Positions 58,572-64,000 of a stretch of DNA of 64,000 nt are shown here, in pieces. The stretch comes from Minutocellus sp. GHC0000111 (Eukaryota), in the NCBI GenBank assembly GCA_977018835.1, contig OZ361259.1, positions 434,001-498,000 of the forward strand, in the 5' to 3' direction. The position numbers and the translations under genes are program-made. The notes under the pieces were generated by a model that saw nothing but the letters and a program-made list of their open reading frames with translations, had not been told where the DNA came from and did not search any database. The first letter of the stretch is position 1; the number at the start of each line of letters is the position of its first letter.

Positions 58572-58874
58572 TAGGAAGCCCCCTTTTGTTCGTTGTTCCC
58601 CGCGGCTACGTCACTGTGACGACGGCTGCAGCAGAGCGAACAGAAAGTTGAAACGACTTGGAGATGCTAGAACAGATTCAGAGAGTCTTGTAGCTAGTCC
58701 TTTACAGCTGCTCCTCTTCGCTGACTCATCTTTAGCCCAAGCGCTGACGAAGCAGAACACGTCAGTCGCTCTCACCAGCTTCCTGCCTGAGGCGCTCTGC
58801 GAGCCACTCACTTTTCGTTCGCTTTCGGCACTTGTGTCCCTCAGAGATGCTCTGCCGAGTGTAGAATTTCTTGC
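58572..58874 (+). repeat. Direct repeat copy 2 of the retroelement
   Basis: Matches 56354-56653. Confidence 0.95.
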
Positions 58875-59166
58875 ACCCACCCTGCTCCACCCGGTGTGAG
58901 ATCCTCATATTGAGCATATCATCTTTACGTCACAGAAACCTAAGTTTACCACTTAGGCGTCTGTACTTTATATGCCCAACTTGAGGACCTGAGCGGCTCG
59001 TCGCAGAGCTCCGAATCCGCCACGCAACAACCAACCTACGACCGCCTTAGACAGCAAGACAAGCGGATTAAGGCACCGCGCGAGGAGGGCAATCTGAGGA
59101 TTGGTGTAGCGTAGAAGTAGTGTGTCATATCTCATATCTCCGCTCCCCGCAAGAGCAACAAGAGCA

Positions 59167-60363
59167 ATGGGCAAGAAGGGGAAGCACCGAGGGTTGACCA
59201 AGGTGGAAGCCGACCGTATTCGCGCTGCCGCCAGCCGAAACTCGATAGTCGATAGGCGGTATGCGGTGGCAGGACCGGAAGCAACAAGGAGGAGGACAGC
59301 GGCGCCAAAGACAGAATTGCAAAAATTGCGAGAAGAAAGGGGGACTGTGAGCTTGACCCATCTTCGCGGCCTTCTTAGAGACCGACAGCGGGAAGACACA
59401 TTGGAATACCAGCAAGCTCGACGAAGACAAATGACGGCAAGTTTGCGAGTTGAGGCGAGCAATAGAAAGAAAGAGCAGTCGGCCGATGAAAGCGATCCAG
59501 CAAGCTTAAAGAGACGTGAACCTGGATGGCTTTTGTATCACGGCGAAGAAGAATCAAAGAGCGGATCTCCTGGACCCCCAACACTTCAAAGTTTATGTGT
59601 CGCATCAATCGGTCCTGTCATTTCGGAGTATCTGGATGCTTTTGGTGTCGATGTTTTGTCGTCTATTTTTAGCTCCCTCCCAAGCAGTGTGCTGAAAGAA
59701 TTGAGCGTCAAGGTGTCTGAATGTAAGGGGGTTGATGACGCTCTTGTCCAGGCTTTGGGTTCACACAGCCATGTTGAGGCACTTGCTCTCCATTCAGCAG
59801 CTGGACCCAAGAGAGTCACTGCTGCTGGGATATTATCAATTGTACCTCGAGTTTGTACAGGGAATAACGATGTCGATGAAAGAATGCAAGAATCCTGGGA
59901 AGATGCTGATCAAACGCTCCATATTGAAGGGTGTTCGCAAATAAGGAGGTTAGAGCTCTGTAATCTGATGTGTCTTTCCGACGATGACGATGCGGACTAC
60001 GAGTGTGCGGTGAGGGCCGAACAGGAAATGGAGGATGCCTTACTCTCATTATTTAGTCTTTGCGGACGGATTACACATCTCTCTCTGGGCGCGCCATTTA
60101 AATCATATCCACATCGGCTCTTTCAATCTTTGCCGGTATTGTTACCAAGCTTGCAGGTGCTTGATTTGAGTTGTTGTGTGTGGATCGATGATGCAGTGCT
60201 CATTTCTCTTTTACGAGCGATTGCTCTTGAATGTCGAGGCTGCTCTAACTTGGCGTTGGTCGATGTTTCAGGCTGCCCCAGCATCACAGAAAAGGGAGTG
60301 TCTTTGGCAAATGAAATGGCTTATTGCATGCTTGGAGGAGTCAAGAATATCGTACAACAATGA
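59167..60363 (+). CDS. Leucine-rich-repeat (RNI/FBXL-like) protein
   Basis: PTLQSLC, LPSLQVLDLSCCVWIDD and LALVDVSGCPSITEKGV LRR units; basic N-terminus. Confidence 0.7.
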   Translation: MGKKGKHRGLTKVEADRIRAAASRNSIVDRRYAVAGPEATRRRTAAPKTELQKLREERGTVSLTHLRGLLRDRQREDTLEYQQARRRQMTASLRVEASNRKKEQSADESDPASLKRREPGWLLYHGEEESKSGSPGPPTLQSLCVASIGPVISEYLDAFGVDVLSSIFSSLPSSVLKELSVKVSECKGVDDALVQALGSHSHVEALALHSAAGPKRVTAAGILSIVPRVCTGNNDVDERMQESWEDADQTLHIEGCSQIRRLELCNLMCLSDDDDADYECAVRAEQEMEDALLSLFSLCGRITHLSLGAPFKSYPHRLFQSLPVLLPSLQVLDLSCCVWIDDAVLISLLRAIALECRGCSNLALVDVSGCPSITEKGVSLANEMAYCMLGGVKNIVQQ

Positions 60364-60450
60364 GGAATTCTTGCCCGTTTACATTACTAACTCAATGGTA
60401 AGAATTTTCATACTAGTCTAGTATGTTGCTACGTAACTATAGTACTTGAG

Positions 60451-63400
60451 TCAGCTACTCGAGACAAACTCACTCTGGAGTAACGTGCGTTGCCGGGACA
60501 AGGCGCAGGGAAATTCACGAGCCACGGTGTACTCAACAAAGTTCGTTGCCTTTTCTAGTTGCTGCTGGGACGACATGCTCATTGGTGCATCCAGGATGTT
60601 GTTTCTGAAAAGAAGCCGTTGCGTCTGCTCGACCCCGCCTAGAACTCTTTCAGAGTCGCTAGTTTCTGAGAACAATGCCGCAACACTGCCATAACCGATC
60701 GATACAATAAGATAAGTTTTCTCATTCAACGCTTCACCCCTTAGCTGTTCATCAGTTGGCCGCTGGCTACAAAATACAATATTCTCCAACGGGATTTCAC
60801 GTAAAAGAGCAATCAGCAAAGGCTCGGAGAAAGCAAGACATAGTCGCATTTCCTCCGAGCCTTTAGCGGCCTTTTCGATAGACGGAGAGCCCCTAAGATC
60901 GTCTCTAAGGAGATACGTCTCTGAGGCTGTTATGCTTCTCACAATGTGGCTAGGGACGCGGCAAATAGTTGGGCTGTTCCACTCACAGAAGGTGGGAAGA
61001 GATGTGCTCTCACAGAATCTTGCAATCTTTTTACCGACGAGCTCCACTCGGATATAAAATTGCCTACCGCTCGCATCTGATACTTTTGGAGAATGCAAAG
61101 ACGGTGTTGTAGATGCTTCATTGCTCTCAGTGTCCTCTGCTGATGTTTTGGCAACAAGGAGCATTCGTTCTGCGAGGCGCGTCATATGCCCATTGAGAGC
61201 AGCCGATACTTTTCGTAATGCAGCATTCTCTTCCATGAAAGCGTGTCGTTTGGTCAAGCTCTTCGAGGCAGGACCGCTAGCATCGATGTAAATGTCAGCG
61301 ACTCCCATTACAACCTTCAAAAGCTGTTCGAACCGCTGATACGCATGCGATTCCATCCCCTCTTCCTTCAGATAATTATCAATGGATTCCTGAGCGACAC
61401 CGCAGAGAATTGCGCAGAGCATAGACACAGTCGGTCTTTCCAGCATACCGGCGACCCCGGCCTTTTTGCTAATACTACCGACAATGGATGATGGCTCCAG
61501 AAAGTCCTCAGCAAATTCCATCACCTGAGTGTTGCCTCGGTCAGGCAAGCCCTTTTCTTCGCCGACTGTAGATAGCCAAACGCTACGGTTGCTATCTCGC
61601 CAAAGATTGAAACGGGAAGGTCTCCAGATATTCTTTACATGAGGCAACGCATCGGCGACAGTAGTGGCGCACAGCATGAGGGTTTCTGCGGCCTCTACCC
61701 ATTGACCCTTCTCTTCGTGCAACGTTTTGAGCGTGAGAAGCCATCGCAAGCGTTGCAGTGGCCCGGTCTCAGGAAGGAAGCTACTGGCGGCTTCGTAGAT
61801 GGATTCCTCGTCTGCATCAAAGGCAAAGGAAGCCGGTCGATGCTCATTATCTGCCTCTGCCGACAGCGCACCCTTCCGCATAGTTAGAACAGGTGAAATC
61901 GGGGGTGGTATCGAAATATCAGATCCCACGATAGTGTAGTGATCTCCTTTCAATCTAAGCTCAATAAGGACGCCATCTATTATTGCCTGGCATCCTCGGC
62001 AAAGGGTGGAGAGAAAGGGAGAGAGCTGTGAGTCGATCCGGTCATCATCCTGTGGATTTGCTTCTTCCATATCTGCCAAAGCCCTGCGAAGTGGCCATAC
62101 CGACCGCTCTACATCCTTGGTGGACTTGAGATGACCTGCCACGCTATAGAGAGCCATCTCTCGAGCGACAACCTCCGGCAATACTGTCATAAAAACAAGA
62201 GCAATTTCGTCGAAATTACCACCTTCATCAAAGCAACCACCGAGGAGAGAGATTACCACATCAACGGCAATCGACCGCACTGATAGCGACGGAGCATTCA
62301 TCAAAGAAAGACAAACCCTCGCCCAGTGCTGGAGTCGATCGCCCATCGCTTCGACCGAAAGAGCAGCGCCAAATTTATTCAAGGCCTCTGATGCTGCACC
62401 AAGTGCACGCTGATGAGCGACCGACGAGAGAGGCATAGATAAGACGTGAAGGAGGACGTCGAATACACCCAGCGCCAGCTTACTTCGTTCACGAGGTGAC
62501 TTGGCCAAGAAGGCGGCGCATTCGTCGACTGCGATAATCAAAAGAGCACAAACAGTATTGTAGCACTCCTGCACTAACCAGGTCCGGCCCTCAGCACCTT
62601 GGTCATCAGCGCACTTTGCAATGAAACCTTGGCACGTTGAACTGCACAAGCGCAGGGCTCGAATGAATCGATGGAGCCGAGGGTAACCTTGAACGCTATT
62701 GCAGTAGGATCTTAACTTTTCTCTTGTCAGCACTTCAGGGGCTTCTTGTGTCGTATGGAGGAAGGAAAGCAGCCAAAGAGATCGAATCTTGTGGGTCGAC
62801 TCCATCTTGGCGAGCCACGGTACTGCCTTGACGGTGCTTCCGAATAAAGGGGATAAGAACATGGCAGCTATGCGTTGTTTGTTCTCTCTAGACTGGAATC
62901 TTTCGTCAAGGGCATGCCTGCGAATGAGCAATTCATATGCAATCGAAACTGCGTGCGAAGCATTAGATTGCAGCCTCAGTAATTCAGACCGAGAAAGAGA
63001 CTCTCGACCGAGACGACTTCTCAAGGCCGACTTGCGACCCTTGTCGCTTCTTGAAGCCTTAATCTGCGCAATCGCCTCATTGACAACGGCTTCACAGGAT
63101 TGTGAACATATGGTCAAACATTCATTTGTGAGGAGGTCGGCCAGCCAGTGCGCATGTGGCAATCGCTCATATCCATCGGGATAAGGGGATTGCTTCTCAC
63201 TTTCGAGACCGCCTGCATCGTTCTTGGTCGAAGACTGAGAAGCCCAAGACGTTGCGTCGGACGAAGCGAGAGGAATCCATCGATCACTGTATTTGTAGGG
63301 AAAGTTTAGTGCAACGAATCGCGGAAGCGTTGATAATCTTTCAACGGCACGGAGTCGAAGCTGCCTGGAGCAAATAGTACGCCTGAAGGCAAGCCCAGTG

Positions 63401-64000
63401 GCCCCGCCTTGGCTGGTAGTAGAGGTCGCTGAAATGCTCTCATCTTCAATTTCGCTCGACGTCTGTATGAGAATGGGTTCCTCGACATCTTCGCAAGCAC
63501 GGAGAGACTTGAAGTACCTGAATATAAGGATCGAGCACTGTGCAGGATGAACAATCGAGAGAAGTCCAACTAGGAAATCCAACACAGCGTCACTAGCCTC
63601 AAGGGCGTCAACCAATTTCGTGTCCCAATCTTCGTGTCCTCTTCCGCCAGTGATAGGGCTGTTGTTGCGCAGAACTTTGGACACAAGGGACTGAGCCATC
63701 GCGTCTACTAGTGGCTCCAGGATATGCATGTGTTTTGAATCCAAAATAGTAGAAGGAACAGGATCTCGTGGTACGTCATTTGAGGAACAACGAAGAGCAA
63801 AGGACTTGAGACACAAGGGGAGCAAAACGTCCATATTATCCGAGAACATCATGATAGTTTCTTGCGACATGAGAGCACTGCGCTGGAGACTCGAGCTTTG
63901 CTTCTTGGCTTCTGCATTTCTTGTCTGTATCAATGTTGGAGCCGAAACATTGTACTCAAGCCACGCCTGCAACCACAAGGCAAGAATACACTCATAGAGA
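60451..64000 (-). CDS. DOCK-family-like (DHR-2) protein, 5' part outside the window
   Basis: Helical ARM-like region, RLRWLLTLKTLHEEKGQWVEAAETLMLCA (DHR-2 lobe A-like), FYIRV...G and TVAREFPCALSRQR (lobe B-like). Confidence 0.65.
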   Translation of the reverse strand, partial: LYECILALWLQAWLEYNVSAPTLIQTRNAEAKKQSSSLQRSALMSQETIMMFSDNMDVLLPLCLKSFALRCSSNDVPRDPVPSTILDSKHMHILEPLVDAMAQSLVSKVLRNNSPITGGRGHEDWDTKLVDALEASDAVLDFLVGLLSIVHPAQCSILIFRYFKSLRACEDVEEPILIQTSSEIEDESISATSTTSQGGATGLAFRRTICSRQLRLRAVERLSTLPRFVALNFPYKYSDRWIPLASSDATSWASQSSTKNDAGGLESEKQSPYPDGYERLPHAHWLADLLTNECLTICSQSCEAVVNEAIAQIKASRSDKGRKSALRSRLGRESLSRSELLRLQSNASHAVSIAYELLIRRHALDERFQSRENKQRIAAMFLSPLFGSTVKAVPWLAKMESTHKIRSLWLLSFLHTTQEAPEVLTREKLRSYCNSVQGYPRLHRFIRALRLCSSTCQGFIAKCADDQGAEGRTWLVQECYNTVCALLIIAVDECAAFLAKSPRERSKLALGVFDVLLHVLSMPLSSVAHQRALGAASEALNKFGAALSVEAMGDRLQHWARVCLSLMNAPSLSVRSIAVDVVISLLGGCFDEGGNFDEIALVFMTVLPEVVAREMALYSVAGHLKSTKDVERSVWPLRRALADMEEANPQDDDRIDSQLSPFLSTLCRGCQAIIDGVLIELRLKGDHYTIVGSDISIPPPISPVLTMRKGALSAEADNEHRPASFAFDADEESIYEAASSFLPETGPLQRLRWLLTLKTLHEEKGQWVEAAETLMLCATTVADALPHVKNIWRPSRFNLWRDSNRSVWLSTVGEEKGLPDRGNTQVMEFAEDFLEPSSIVGSISKKAGVAGMLERPTVSMLCAILCGVAQESIDNYLKEEGMESHAYQRFEQLLKVVMGVADIYIDASGPASKSLTKRHAFMEENAALRKVSAALNGHMTRLAERMLLVAKTSAEDTESNEASTTPSLHSPKVSDASGRQFYIRVELVGKKIARFCESTSLPTFCEWNSPTICRVPSHIVRSITASETYLLRDDLRGSPSIEKAAKGSEEMRLCLAFSEPLLIALLREIPLENIVFCSQRPTDEQLRGEALNEKTYLIVSIGYGSVAALFSETSDSERVLGGVEQTQRLLFRNNILDAPMSMSSQQQLEKATNFVEYTVAREFPCALSRQRTLLQSEFVSSS

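Larger units (their letters stand above)
56354..58874 (+). mobile_element. Decayed, internally deleted DIRS-order (Ngaro-like) retrotransposon
   Basis: Bounded by about 300-bp direct repeats. It contains a broken ORF1-like region, an RT N-terminal fragment (about 57964-58302: RKGKSRQIIDPS...DDIAKAFKRVRCHPQFAPLFA) and an RNase H C-terminal fragment (HIRGIENVGPDALSR, about 58395-58440). The YxDD core and the recombinase are missing. Confidence 0.75.

Noticed and set aside
1..64000. CRISPR arrays, rRNA/tRNA genes, prokaryotic defence operons
   Set aside because: No repeat-spacer arrays or RNA-gene signatures were seen; the sequence is intron-containing eukaryotic DNA.

Overview
Gene-dense eukaryotic nuclear DNA, almost certainly from a diatom. 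The evidence is short GT-AG introns, a silicanin-family silica-deposition-vesicle membrane protein, bipartite plastid-targeting N-termini and an 8x helicase-associated-domain protein. About 30 genes are present. Recognisable ones include a BtuF-like binding protein, a TMEM144-like transporter, a CCR4/EEP phosphoesterase, RlmN, a DEAH helicase, a glutathione peroxidase, a histidine phosphatase, CDH1/FZR1, an alpha/beta hydrolase, RING1, an RluA/D pseudouridine synthase, a GT31 galactosyltransferase, an S28 peptidase, DMAP1/SWC4, RNase Z, an LRR protein and a DOCK-like protein cut by the window edge. Three things stand out. (1) A decayed DIRS/Ngaro-type retrotransposon at 56.35-58.87 kb is almost free of TpA and has Cys/His where Tyr is expected, suggesting a repeat-targeted TpA->TpG/CpA hypermutation process (RIP-like, but with different chemistry). 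(2) About a third of the genes carry frameshifts, a nonsense codon, a tandem duplication, a lost start codon or a catalytic substitution, while several 2.4-3.7 kb ORFs are clean; this is either a decaying haplotype or local consensus error. (3) TpA-rich palindromes (TAGCTA/TACGTA) recur just downstream of many stop codons. All family calls come from motif recognition by eye; no searches were run.
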